DNA of 63,325 bases, the filler included, from Choristocarpus tenellus KU-1152 (Eukaryota; Protista; Phaeophyceae): NCBI GenBank assembly GCA_964200185.2. It is 12 parts of 12 records of this genome, joined end to end, with 100 filler letters (N's around TTAATTAATTAA, not from the genome) between each part and the next. Parts side by side here need not be neighbours in the genome. Positions count along the whole stretch, not along the records: positions 1 to 10,898 come from CAXNAD020002641.1; positions 10,999 to 13,865 come from CAXNAD020024082.1; 10 more parts are not named here. One strand, given 5' to 3'. Below the pieces are notes generated by a model, which was given only the letters and a program-made list of their open reading frames with translations, searched no databases and had not been told where the DNA came from. Made by a program: the position numbers and the translations under genes. This document shows, piece by piece, positions 1 to 12,579 of this stretch (its first letter is position 1; each line of letters starts with the position of its first letter).

Positions 1-489
1 GGGAATACTCGACTCATTTTTCAACGGTCCTGGTGCAGTGTGGAGCCGCCCACCACTCTCACAAACCCACCGGTACGCACTCAAGCGCATATCTCTCCAA
101 CAGAACATCCCTCCACATCAACAGCAAGGGAACACAGAGCCTGTCTACTAGCATACAGCAGACGTACAACCCCCATGGTGAGCCCCCAGAGCTTGTTGTA
201 CCCAGCACAGAGCCCACCGATTTGTGGAAAGAACTGCGAGCTGACATAGGAAGGTTGGACTACACTTGCTCTGTGTTACGCATTGGCTCTACCTCTGGGT
301 CATGAGAGGCTCCCAAGGGGCGTAGGCCCCAAATTGGCTAAGGAAGGAGTTTGAAGCGTGAGAGAGATACCCTAGACTGTTGTGGTTGCTCGTGAAAGAA
401 CAGCTAAACAGCGGGAATGATATCTCTCTGAAATCACAAGAACGGTATGGCTGACCAATGGACTACAGAGCGGCGCACGAAGGGTGAGA

Positions 490-950
490 ACTACAGACTT
501 ACAGACTAACTACAAGGTTGGCTTCACCGTCAACACTAAGTGGTGACAGGAGTGGTACATAGAGCACACAACAGACTTCTGCTCTGACGCAGCACTCTTT
601 AGTGATCAAGGAAAAATTGCCATGACTGGAATCGCAGGGGGGGGGGGAAACGTATAGCAGGATGACCGGACCTTGCATAGGGGCAAAGCCATGGTGCAGA
701 AGCTGAACGCTGTAGGGTGGGAGGACGGATGGGAAATTAAGCTCGTGATGCAGCCAGCGCAGTTGCCGCATCTCAACATCAACTATATGGGGACTTTTGC
801 ATGCCTGAAGAGCAGGATTTGGTTGGAGCATTACGGTCCCATTGATGATCTTGTAGAGGAGGTTAATAGCATGTTACACACATATAATGCAGACATGCTC
901 TAGAGGGTGGTGTGGCAAAGTCTGTTGAAGAGGTATAATCAGGTGTTAAG
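490..950 (+). pseudogene. Degenerate Tc1/mariner (DD39D/plant-mariner-like) transposase fragment
   Basis: The translation QQDDRTLHRGK...GWEIKLVMQPAQLPHLNINYMGTFACLKSRIW...IDDLVEEV...ML*RVVWQSL matches the mariner consensus QQDNAxPH...GWxIxLxxQPPNSPDLNxxDLGFFxSL...IDELIxAV...LxxVWxTL. It carries stops and frameshifts; boundaries are approximate. Confidence 0.8.
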
Positions 951-3803
951 AGCACTGAGGGGAAACAATTTTGAGGTAGAGCACACGGGGACCAAAAAAA
1001 GGCAGTGGGAGGGGGGGGAGGTTGGCTAAAGCGGTCAAAGCAGACCAATTTGTGTACGCTGTGGTGCTGGATTGGTGGATTGATGGCATCGAGTAAAGGT
1101 GAGACATACTTAATGTAGAATATTCTGAGCAATCCAATGCAAAACTTCCATTTTGTAATCGGAGGTCATCTTGAAGAGCTACAACTTCACAGCACAGACT
1201 TACGGGACAGAGGGAGTATAAAGATCAAAATTTTCATGTCAAAATATTGAAATGCCACTGCACCACCAAGGTATCAGTCTCATGTGAGGCTACAGTTTCC
1301 TGGTGTCTTAATGAGCTACCAGTCTTATTGTACAGAGGTATTTCAATGTCTGAGGTTGGTGTCTTGGTGGCAGGGTCATATCTCAACATTTCTACATAAC
1401 CAGAAGTCACGGCGTTGTACGACTTAATCCATGGGCTATCTACCCGCTACCTTCAGGCTGGCCCTCAATATATCATCTCAATCTTCACCTGTACCCTTGA
1501 ACCATTAAGGACACCTCAACTCACTCTATCCTTTATCCTTTCACTGAAGAGAGTTGAGAAGTGCCCCAACCACAGTAGGGGTTCGAACATTTGACTTTCT
1601 ATTGACAAAATAGTGCTTCTCTGGAATAATGATATCTCAGACTAGTGACATTTCAAACACTAGAGCAACATCCCCCAAAAGCTGCTGTTCATGAAAACCA
1701 CAACATACTTGAGGGAGTCAGCTATGTACAATGAGAAGTACACCCTCCCCACCTGACTCAACACCTCTCTTCCAACTGTGGCATGCGGTTCCTCATTGGG
1801 ATGACTTGTACTGGTTCTCAAATGCCCTGCTGCTCTAACATTTGCTCCAGAAAAAGATGCACTTCGCCTATTTGGGGGGTAGGGTAATGAAGGCAAAGAA
1901 GATTTGAATTGGAGGAATGTCACTCGAATTTGGCATTCGGTCTGGAGAGGGCTGTATGAATCTGGGGCTGTTCATTGCAAAGAGCTTCTTATTGACAGTC
2001 TGTTGTTGACTCCCAATGAGCTGTTGACCTTAGCAAAAAAAAATAGATTACACACAAATAAAGATGTAGGTATATCCGTACGACTCCACAAACATGTGAC
2101 CTTAAAGGAGGTGTCTGGGTTGAATGAGCGCTTGATCAGACAGGGCGGTAAGAGAACTGCTTAGAAATTAACTATTCAGATCTATCTTTCAGTTCCCTCA
2201 CCAACAATCCTGTGCATCTCCACATGTCCAAACAGGATTGTTGCAAGACCGAAATTTCCCCTGTTCATATAACAGGGTGGAGGTACTCGCAACACCAGCA
2301 CTCAACACGGCAACAAGGTACCCTCATAAGAAAAGGACCAATCTGATAACAGCAACCCTCACGATGCCATGCAATCGGAGGACACGACCCCAATTCCTAC
2401 AGAATAATGCCGAGGGGCGAATGTGGGACCACAGAACAAAACTAAATATTCGTCTCAAGTGGAACCAGACTCGCGGGTAACACAACGAGCTGTTGACACA
2501 TAGATCTGCTTCGAGTAGGGAATCTCCCATATATCCTTAACTGCCCCATACTAGACAAGTCTAAGTTACGTGAGATAAAATATTGAGATCAGAAGAGAGT
2601 GACAGCATGGAAACTGAGCGCCTTGCACGCTCCATCAAAATTAAATTCACAGAATTCTGTTGTATCTTTGTGTCAAACTCAATGAGGTTTGTCTCTCACA
2701 CAAACGTTCGTTACCAGGCAACATACAAGGAAGTTTTCTCGTTGAGCAAGTCACCGTGAAATGTGGTCAGCATGACTAGAAAAAGGGTAAGTAGGGTTTT
2801 TGACAGTCAAATCTCAATCCACCGCTCCGTCATCACCCTGGTGTCATTCTTCTTACGGTACTCCCCACCCATACCTCAATTCATATCTCACCTTCCGTCG
2901 GGAAGGACCACTGTTCTCGACACGAATGCAAGTCTTGCATCCCAAGCTGATACATTCACATATGTCAGGAATAAAACCGAGACAAGAAAAATGTCCGAGG
3001 GACGTGAACGAAGATTCAGGAGTCTTCTCCAATGTGATCGACAATCATCCATAGAGAATTTGGGATAAAAACATCACCCACCCACTAAGCTATGAGTGAA
3101 AGTAGGGCACACAGCACAAGATATCACACAACACAGTCCGGTAGGAGAGGCGAAGAGAGAGGAAGAGAGAATACGCCTCCCAGCTTAGCAATTTCTAGGA
3201 GGGCAACGGGGGCTGCTGATGTGTTGTGGGCTACTTGTTAGGTCCCAAAAGACGAATAGGTTCAAGTTGGTCCAACCAGGATGAAGTAAACGTACAACTT
3301 CATCACAATTTGGAATTATGAAAACTTTCCAAGAAATACACTATTTTGTTTTTTTCCAAGAACATAAAAAGTACCAAGCTGTTTGTTGTGTTGGGGTAAT
3401 TTAATTTTACTTCAACCCCCTGTTCGATCCTCAATTACCATTTTGTCTTATGTACATCGTTCCCGAGGGACACAAACTCGGTTTATCAGAGGTTACATTC
3501 GATATCAGCCATAACATAAGGTGCGGTCTGCATTCCGCTTAGAATGGTATAGTCGCAGTTGTCGGATTCTCTTTTGCCTAGTTGTTATTTTTGGTCGACC
3601 AAATTCGACTCTCAAGATCTCAACTTGAACTGAGTAGAAGCCTTCCCATATGGTCTTGTCTGAGGGAACATTCTTGTGCAAGCATTCGCTTCCGACAACG
3701 TTTTGTTTAATCCCTGTTACACTAGAGATTGAGTAATTTCTAGTGAGTTTGAAGTTATCCCCTCTTATCAAGCGTCTCTCCCCGCCAGATCCCCCAACAC
3801 ACC

Positions 3804-6800
3804 ATGGCTCCGTCAGTGCTAGCAGCGCTCTTCCTCTCCTCTCTTGCTTTGGTGGATCCGGTCGTTGGCGATGTCCATCGAGTGAAGATGGTGAAGCGGT
3901 CTAATGAGGAATTTGTGAATGACAAGTTGTCTCAACATAGTCAGAGGTGAATGAAGATTTATCTTGGCACATTTTGTCCTGGACAAAGACGCCATCCGTC
4001 GACCATGCCGCACACCCTCAGATTTGCTGTATTCTGTGACTGCTATGCACTAATGCCATGTTTTGAAGTCAATCCTTGACAAATCCATGACGCAACCTTA
4101 ATAAGCCGAATTATTTATTTATGGAATATATATAGTCCACACCAATTACCTCAAACGCCCGACAAAATTGCACCAGTCGGTGTTGTTCGCTGGTGTCAGC
4201 CACTGCAAAAGTTGGGATGGGGCAGAGAATGTTTTTTTTTTTACTGGAACGGGAGTGACGTTGTGTCTCACGCAGAACGGTGTCTACCAATCTGAATCCC
4301 CAAGTCCGGGCAGACTTGAATTGTGGAAGTGGATCATTTGGTGCCTGTAATGTCCTTATCCTCCCTTCCCGAAACGCCTGAATTCTGCTCAACTACTGTG
4401 CCAGTATCGATGATGGTCTACATCCTGTTTCCAAGCCTTCCCTGAGAGCATCGGTGACTGGAGAAGTTGGAGGGCCTAGTGAGGGCAAGATAGTGGTCAA
4501 GGACTATCAGAACGCGCAGTACTATGGACAGGTGCACTAAGGCGCATTGTGTTGCCTTCTCATTATTGTACATTAAGACTGCTGAAAACATTAAACAGTC
4601 CTCCCGTTAGCAAGCGCATCAGACCTCATTGGCTTCATCATCCTAAGGGCAATGCAAATTGACCCCCCCTTGCCCTCCCTCATAATATTTCCTTTCCACA
4701 ATATTTGCTTCTTTATAAGGGAGCCAAGTGCACAATGCAATGAAAGCAACAACGGCCCCTGAAAAGTGATAATTATTTAATGCATGACTGAACGCAGCAG
4801 TGGTACCACCTCTCCCTCACATGAAATATTGTCTCTTCTCCAGGTGTCTGTGGGGACACCATCGCAGTCATTCAATGTTATCTTTGACACAGGGAGTGCA
4901 AACCTGTGGGTAGCCTCCAGTCAGTGTGGGATGTCATGCGGTATTCACAGCCGATACCATGCAAGCAAGAGCTCCACTTATGTCGAGGTGCACCACATAT
5001 GCATGTTGAATTAGTTGTGTGATATCAAGTGCAGGCTTGTTCCGTACCATTTAAGGCTGTTGTAATGCAGGGTTTTATGTAGGCTGAGGGTCCTCCTTGA
5101 CTATGATAACCTCTTCTGTGTAAGGTATGGACAGCAAATCTATTTGCAAGCAATGAGCACCAGAGCTTGTGTATAGATGCCTCTGGAGTGCTGATTATAG
5201 CTTGGCAGTAATAGAAGGTTACTTTCTTGAGCAACTTCTGGTTTAAAGGGGGTTTAATCCTGTTACAAGTAGAGGGTAAGGGAAATGGGTTAGGGATACT
5301 TCAATCTCTGACCTGTTGGTGACAAGTTGGGGTAATTCTACTGGTGCCTACTATGGTAGGATTGTGAAAGGGGATTTTGTGAGAATTTACTCTACTTGAT
5401 GCTGGATTAGTGAGCTCAAAATTTTTCAATGAAATCACGACTGCATGAGGTAAGACTCTATGAGATCAATTTGACATGAAGGACATGAAGAGCTGAGTTA
5501 TGTGAGGAGATTTTCAGGGAGGTGCGCGGCACACTTTTAGGGTGTGAGAAAAGTCTATAGATTAGCTATGATTCGTACCCCTGTACCTTTTTCACAGTCT
5601 ACGGTTGCTGTCTTCATCATTGAATATCATGAGGGTGCCTGTATGGTCGTGCCCCTAGGAGTAGCAGTCCCTGAAACGTTCTCTTTTGCTCCCCCTCACC
5701 ATCAGGATGGCCGTGAGTTCAAGATCACCTATGGTAGTGGCCCTGTGAGCGGCAGCCTGTCCAGTGATGACGTCGAGATTGGCGGACTTGCACTGAAAGC
5801 ACAGACTTTCGCTGAGGTTGTTGAAGGGGGAAATATAGCGTGCAGGGGAAGACATTTTTTTGTCCCAACTGCCCATCTTAGGGGCGCCTTGGAGAATTAG
5901 TTTTGTGGCTCGATAATAGTAAAGTATGATTGTGTGATAATCTGGCAGTGTTTACTAGTCTGGACAGCCTGGGCTCGCAGAATTAGTTTCAAAGGATCGC
6001 ATCGCCCTCGATCGCTCTGTTAATTATGCCTTTGCAAATTGGGATACATGGAAGTGGTTGAAGAAGCTACGATTTTGTTGTGTAGAGTAGGCAGCGCAAA
6101 CAGCGTCTGTCTGACATTCAAGAGCAAATCTGCTGCGATATTTTTTGAGCTGAAATGTGCGCCTCCTGGATGCTGTGGCAAGGACCTTCTCCGTTGTTGG
6201 TTGTAGAATCGTTTGTTTTTCTTTAGTTCATCGCATTGACCGCCTCAGAGGAACAGCGCCTTTCTTTTTAAGAAAAAAAAAAAATTGTGAAGAGGACAAG
6301 ATTATATTTGTATGGGTGAGTAAACGACTACACGACTCTTCTGGTGAGAGTTTAAGCAGCATTTTCTGTGCACAAAATGTGGGGGGGCGGGGAAGTGTGT
6401 GTCAGGGTGTTTAAATTTATTTTTGTTTTTTGATTCTCGTGCCCTTGTCATTCACGCGACACACCCCTCATCACTTGACTGTCCATGTGTTCTGATCCTC
6501 CTCTCCTGCATCAATTGATTTGTGTGTTGTCCATTGCACTCAATCTGTCACCCTGGCAGATTACTGATGCCAAGGGACTGGGGGTAGCCTTCCTTGTTGG
6601 AAAGTTTGATGGTATTGCAGGACTTGCTTTTGATGAGATCAGTGTGGAGGGGGTTCCAACCCCATTCCATAACCTTGTGGAGCAGGGCGCCCTGGATGAG
6701 CCGGTGAGGAAATGTTATGACAGTCCCCCCCCTCCCCCTCCCCATCACAGACACCAACACAAGAAGAGTATACATGTACTGCTGAGTGCATATTTTTTTC

Positions 6801-8531
6801 CTGAGCACTGGACCTATGTATGCAACAGTGGCTCGTTACAACCAGCCTTTCCCTTTTGATTACAATTAATATTAATAGGCTGAGGGTCTTTTCAACCTGT
6901 GCATTTTTTTTTTTTTTGGGGGGGGGTGTCAATGCTTGAGCAGGTGTTTGCATTCTTCCTTGGCAATGAACAAGAGGGGGAGCTCGTCCTTGGAGGTACT
7001 GATAGCGCCCACTACACAGGGGAGATCAGGTAAAATAACAAAATGTGGGGAGTATGTATTGCTCTGTGTATGCCTCACTGCACATATATTTCCCTTGACC
7101 TAGAGCAGGGGAGATTAACAATCTGCTCCGCCCCATCATCTCCCCCACTTTGGGATGCGCCCTGACCCACCTTCCCACCCCCACCCACCTTCCCACCCCC
7201 ACCCACCTTCCCACCCCCACCATGGTAGCTATGTTCCTGTCACGAGGAAGGGCTACTGGCAGATCGATCTAGATGATGTCAAGGTGGAAGGCACGTCATC
7301 AACGTCTGTCAACACTGCCATAGTTGACTCCGGCACTTCGCTGCTGGTGGGCCCGAGTGCTGAAGTAGAAGTTCTCGCTAAGAAAGTGGTGAGTGCAAAA
7401 ATTAATTTAATTCATTACCAAGCACAACACAACTGTGGTTGGTTTGTGGGCGGTGTGGTGTTCCCCCTGTCCTCTTTCCTTCGCCCCCTGTAAGGCTGTT
7501 GGGCAGTATAGGCCTTTATCGTACAGTAGAGGCTTAATTTCCTATAGATGTCCTCTCGCTTACCCTGATGAAACTTTTGTTCACATTCTGTCTAATCCCA
7601 ACTCGATGGTTGTTGTCCTCCTCCCCTGCGGATGTTGATTATCCTAATGTGTTACAGGGTGCCATCAAGTTCTTGAATGGGGAATACATCATTCCCTGCA
7701 CTGCTCAGCTACCTGCCTTGACATTCACAATTGGTGGCAAGGTGAAGCAATATGTACATTTTTATTGGTATTGGGTTGTCTACAGTTGGGGATTGATGAG
7801 AGACCATAGGTTGTGTTGGGTCATGTGTCTGATGCTATTCTCAGACAACAGTTCCAGTGAGTATCATCTGTCGTGCTTTGAAGCTGTTTCGTTCATTGCA
7901 TTAAAATAAGCCCTTGGAGTGAACTGCTGTGCCTGGTATTGACATTGTGTCATGAAGGAACATCCCAGGATGACTAGTAGAGTCCTATGCAAAGGTGTGA
8001 TTCTTGATGTCAAGTGAATGGAGGAATAGGTCCTTCAGCTGGGGTGCAGTTAGTGGAATGTCAGCACCTTTTTGCGTTAGTATAAGTGCTATATGTTCAC
8101 TCACTCTCATCCTGTAAATGTGTTGTATATATATAGTAGTGTTAGGGAAGATGGATAAGGGGAATAACACCACTCCTTGTCCAGCATCTATTAATAGTGC
8201 TCTGGATAGAGGATATATATTCTGTTTTGCACGTGTCAATCAAGTTTCCTCATGGAATCTAGGCTTGTTGGTGGAGTATGTATCGAAAACATTACTTCAT
8301 GGTTTAATTTTATTCGCATTCCCCACCCCTTCAAAACCCTGTTAGGATTACACCTTGGAAGGTGAGGATTACATCATTAACGCCGGCAAGGTTTGCCTGC
8401 TGGCGATCATGGGAATGGACATCCCTGCACCTGCAGGCCCCCTATGGATCCTGGGCGATGTCTTCATGCGCAAATATTACACTGTGTTTGACTATGGCGA
8501 GAGCCGCATTGGACTTGCAGCCTCTGCATAA
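3804..8531 (+). CDS. Cathepsin D-like aspartic protease (pepsin family A1), complete, 9 exons, 394 aa
   Basis: Exons 3804-3946, 4405-4531, 4844-4987, 5706-5816, 6560-6703, 6944-7029, 7229-7388, 7658-7741 and 8346-8531 are all GT-AG and phase-consistent, totalling 1185 nt. Motifs: signal peptide [16 protein letters not shown], propeptide, DYQNAQYYG, catalytic FDTGS and VDSGTS, flap [18 protein letters not shown] and [16 protein letters not shown], ending at TAA. Confidence 0.96.
7166..7220. repeat. 18-bp C-rich tandem repeat (about 3 copies) in intron 6 of the protease
   Basis: CCCACCTTCCCACCCCCA is repeated just upstream of the exon-7 acceptor. Confidence 0.85.
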
Positions 8532-9849
8532 GAGCATATAAAAAGGAAACAAATGGGAGTGAATCTGCAGCAGAATTAGATGGGAGCTTAGGCACCTCAA
8601 ATGCTATTTTTCCATTGTGGTGGTGGTGGGTGTGTATTCCGCCATGTAAAGGAAAAGGCTTGGGTCACATTGTCCGTTCACAATCTCCTTCATTTTGAAA
8701 GGAGGGTGGGTGGGATAGTACTAGACAACAGATTGATTTGTTTCCGACACTAATTGGTGAATATTGACCTGAGTGTGATGGGTATTCTGAAAGGCAGTAG
8801 TTTTGACGTCACTCAGCCAGTTGTTGACATCAATGTGGGCATATCACAAGTTAATGGTGTGTGCCAATACTCACTAGTTGAGCCTGGCTTGCCTGATTGA
8901 TTTTGTTTTGTTGTGAAAGGTGTACATAGGTTAAAATGGTGGATCGACATTGACATGTAAAGTAAGAACATGGAATTGAGTCAGCTGTGCGTCAAGGAGG
9001 TAAACGAAAATCCCGCCGTTGTGCATTGATTTATTTTCTATGTGGGTTGATGTTTGGGGGAAGGTGTCGAGACTAACGAAGTAGGGTTTGAGAAGTGAAC
9101 TTGATTTTCTTAAATTGGCGTAGATGCAGTGCCAATGTGCATTGCCAGCATTGCCTCTATGTGCTTACTGATCCTTTGTATTCCTGGAAGGTCTACCTAT
9201 TCTGGTCCTGACTGTGGTGAACTGGTAGTTAACAATAAGAATTGTATCAAAAGACCTTTGCTCCTGAGACGTACTCTACTGGGGTCGAATTGGAACCATT
9301 TTTTTATTGAGTATTCTCTCTTCTTCAACAAACAAGAAATGAGATGCAGATAGCACTACTCATGAGCAGTAGTATTTCAAAGCTTAGTGTTGGTAGCACC
9401 CACATGAAACAAGCATTTTTTCTTATGGTTTTGTGAGAAGCAATGGACCGCGCGATGCAGGCTGTGATCGCTCACCCGTGCACTACCTTGAGCTAAATGG
9501 AGACATGTCAAGGAAATTAGGTTCTGCCTCTTGTCCTTGATGAACGGATCCTCACTCACACATGAACAATGGTACGACTTTTCTTTTTAATAATTTTTTG
9601 CTTCTTCTGAGATACTTAAATTATTATGTAAGTTGTGATAGCAGTAGATATATGCATACATTTGTAACTTTTTTTTATCCCTCCAACGCAACCTTTACAT
9701 TGAAATTACTGAGGACGAACCCAAGCACAGGCGTAACAAACTAATATCACTGACACAAGTGTGTGTTTGATGGTACAAAAGGGTTTCATGAACAAGCGGC
9801 ATCCCAGAGAAGCTGTGATAGCTGAGAGTCAAACCAAGAGTTCGCCAGG

Positions 9850-9990
9850 GTTGCATTTTAAGGATCCCGAGAAAGGGCAGAAAGAAGTCATTTTGTTCAA
9901 CTGCAGAGACAGCCTTCTTTGCTGAATTGTGGTGCCACCTTGTGTGTGGATAGGGGGAATATCAGTTTTGTTAACACTGTTGTGCACATA
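9850..9990 (-). repeat. Dispersed repeat family Y, with diverged copies at about 36530-36670 (+) and 38070-38215 (+)
   Basis: All three copies share the blocks TGTGCAC/TA...CAAAATG...TTTCTCxGxxxxCTTAAA(A/G)TG(C/T)AA. Confidence 0.65.
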
Positions 9991-10295
9991 GAGCTGTGAA
10001 ATGATGTGTTGCACAGGGTAAGAAAGATGGCTTGGAATGTGTGAGCGTCCAAACTTACCTACCTCTCAATTGGTTTGGCTCTGACATGAATAATGCAGCC
10101 CAAGTGGATCACTTGTGCACTCACATGTGCACTCACATGTGCACTCGCACCTGTCTGCTAAATGCTGTTTGTTTCATTGTTTCTGTTTTGGGGGTTAATT
10201 CCCTTGAGTCCTTGCTCTCTCTCTCTCTCCCTTGCATGGTATAAACAACCACTTCACTCATGACAACCTTACTCAATTCTTTGGACGCAAAAGGC

Positions 10296-10303
10296 AAAAA
10301 AAA
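10296..10303 (-). terminator. RNA polymerase III terminator (T8) of tRNA-Ala
   Basis: An A8 run on + (T8 on -) lies immediately 3' of the tRNA. Confidence 0.85.
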
Positions 10304-10375
10304 TGGACACGCCGGGGATTGAACCCGGGGCCTCATGCTTGCGAAGCATGCGATCTACCACTGATCTACGCGCCC
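10304..10375 (-). tRNA. tRNA-Ala (anticodon CGC)
   Basis: The reverse complement GGGCGCG TA GATC AGTGGTA GATC G CATGC TTCGCAA GCATG AGGCC CCGGG TTCAATC CCCGG CGTGTCC A folds into a full cloverleaf. It has the G3:U70 alanine identity pair, discriminator A73 and no intron. Confidence 0.97.
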
Positions 10376-10564
10376 AATAATCCCATCTTGATACTTTATT
10401 TGGTATATTATATACCTCTACGATTTGGATGATGGGAGTCGCTAACATCACTGTTTGCAAGTGTGGACAGAAAAGGGTATTTCATCGAAGGCGTTAAAAG
10501 ATACATTATATACTAATACTTCTGTTGTACCTTACGATCTCATATACTCTAGTAATCCTAGTAA

Positions 10565-10830
10565 TAAAAACCTTCCCGACCTCCTCATCCTGGGGTGCAG
10601 GTCTAAGCTAGGTTGGAGGCACAGGAGGGCAGTGGTGTAACATAGCTGGTAGTAAATAGTAAATGTATTAATGTCTTCCACATTTACAACAATGACTACT
10701 TGTTTAGGGGTTATTTTGACATTTAGATGATTTTCTTTGGTTTTTCCCGTGACACCATTGCAAAATGTTAGAGGTAATAACAATGAAAATATAAGTATAA
10801 TATGATCCAACAGATTATGTGGTTTATACA
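10565..10830 (+). repeat. Dispersed repeat family X, with further copies at about 31900-32110 and 37635-37870
   Basis: All three places share the core CTCCTCA..TGGGGTGCAGG...TAGGTTGGAGGCACAGGAxGGxAGTGGT...TAGTAAAT...CACATT...GACAT.TG.ATxGTTTTC.TTGGTT. Confidence 0.75.
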
Positions 10831-10898
10831 AGAAAGGGATAGATAAGTCACATCCACCAAAAACCTAACCAACCAAGTCCACAAAGTAGAACGAACAC

Positions 10899-10998
10899 NN
10901 NNNNNNNNNNNNNNNNNNNNNNNNNNNNNNNNNNNNNNNNNNTTAATTAATTAANNNNNNNNNNNNNNNNNNNNNNNNNNNNNNNNNNNNNNNNNNNN
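10899..10998. other. Artificial contig linker (N44-TTAATTAATTAA-N44); also at 13866, 19684, 24629, 27639, 31070, 38651, 46895, 51134, 57514 and 60489
   Basis: The same 100-nt block, with a six-frame-stop 12-mer, occurs 11 times, so the window is 12 concatenated contigs. There are also 10-N gaps at 50689, 57078 and 61323. Confidence 0.98.
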
Positions 10999-11444
10999 TG
11001 CTGCAGATAATGTCTTGGACTTGCGTGCAGCGGGTAACTTCCATTTCTACTCAGGGGGGGGGGTATATGTGTTGATGTGTTGTATTTTTGTCCCTGCTTT
11101 CTGGTTATTATGTATGTGGGGTGTCTTGACCTACGTCTAGCAGATATCTTCAATCGCTACTCATAGGGGGATAGAGTGGCTTGTGTTAATGCATCGGAGT
11201 TATTTGTGTTCGTGCTTCTTGGGGTGCGTGTTTGACCACTTTGCAGGAGACATCATCGATTCCTCCTGGGAGAGGGAGGGGTAAGGTAGTTACAATTATG
11301 TATTGACTCAGTATTGTGTCCACCATCCCTCCGTGGTACATATAATGTGTTTTGTTATCTCAAACGACATGTGCGGATAGTAGGTGTATCTCTATTTGAC
11401 GCCAGACAGGGGTTTTCATATTGATGGAGAGTTCGGTGTATATA

Positions 11445-11702
11445 GAGTCGAAGTAAACGAGGTACCGAGGGATATATTTTAAGGACGCCAAAAAAAATGT
11501 GCAAAATCCGTTTTTTTTTGTAGAAATGCGTATATGAATTTTCTTGATTCTTTCAAAAAATTCAAATCACAGAAAAATCAATGGTATCAAGTCGGTCCTA
11601 ACGGTTCATCCATTGAAAAATAAGGGTGAGTAGGAAGGGATGAAAAGAGTGACTTCAAATTCAAAACGACCAAACCTGGGTACCTCTCGTTTACTTTGAC
11701 TC
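11445..11702. mobile_element. MITE, subfamily with TIR GAGTC(A/G)AAGTAAACGAG(A)GGTACC
   Basis: The left end gagtcgaagtaaacgaggtacc and the right end ggtacctctcgtttactttgactc are inverted repeats. A related right end lies at about 22718-22742. Confidence 0.8.
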
Positions 11703-11906
11703 ATATTCCGAGTAGGTACTAATTCCGACCGAACTCCTTTCCTGTAGTATCTGGTCTCACCCTTTCAAAAAAAGACAGTAAATATATTATTATGACATTA
11801 TTAGCCTGATGGGTATTGGTATCGGGCTCATGCTCAAATGGTAGCGTGCATGGCTGCCCACCACTTATCGTTAACACATATTCCGAAGTAGAAAACACGA
11901 GAACAA

Positions 11907-12163
11907 GACTCAAGGCATTTAAGAGGGCAAGAGTTTGCCCTGGTTGTCCGTTCGGGGTTTGGCTTCCCACATTTTTTTCCTGCCTTTTTTCGGTTTTCTG
12001 TGTGAGCACAGTTACCTAAAATGTATACGACTATGAAAGGTGTGTCCGGAGCAAGGATATTGACACTTGCTAATAAACACGATAGCCAAAATTACATCAA
12101 TTTGCAACATTGGATCTTGGACCCCAAGCGGACGTGGCCCTACCCTCTTAAACGCTTTGACTC
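11907..12163. mobile_element. Sola2-like MITE with 4-bp TSD ACAA
   Basis: TIRs are gactcaaggcatttaagaggg and ccctcttaaacgctttgactc, flanked by ACAA at 11903-11906 and 12164-12167. The interior is near-collinear with 27015-27273 and with 59653-59897 (inverted). Confidence 0.88.
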
Positions 12164-12579
12164 ACAACCAACCATGGATTAATATGCAGATATTGTTGAG
12201 CAGGTGTGCGATGCTATACATTTTCTTGACTAGGTTTGGGACATTTTTTTGTGTACAATTTCACATGCAAGCATATATATATATAGTAGGGTAGTCTCTC
12301 ATTCCCCATGCGTGACGCTGACCACGCCAACATTATCCTCCATTTCCACACAGTCATTTTAATACTGTCATTCCCAGTCTTCATGACGGTATCCTTGTAT
12401 GACACTTGCAGTGTCTGATACTGGCTGGCTGCGGAGCCACCTTGGGCCCATTCGAATATTTGTTTCAAATTGATGTGGATCGATCCCTCCTTCCATGCCA
12501 TCACATCACCTGCTCCAAACTTTATGTTTCAAAAATGAGAGTGCAGGACGCTGAACATGAGCAGTGGAAATGTTACTAC

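Noticed and set aside
1-2530. Possible minus-strand gene divergent from the protease (ORFs at 59-247, 1660-1923, 2324-2530)
   Set aside because: No consistent exon chain or recognisable domain could be built.
3804-8531. Plant-specific (saposin-like) insert or altered active site in the aspartic protease
   Set aside because: No insert is present, and both catalytic motifs and the flap Tyr are canonical, so it is an ordinary enzyme.
10899-10998. Recurrent TTAATTAATTAA palindrome flanked by Ns
   Set aside because: It is an artificial six-frame-stop linker, so adjacency across it carries no synteny information.
11918-12151. TTAA-GAGGG...CCCTC-TTAA suggesting a piggyBac, Kolobok or Sola3 element with a TTAA TSD
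   Set aside because: The inverted repeat extends about 11 bp beyond TTAA and a distinct 4-bp TSD lies outside it, so TTAA is part of the TIR.
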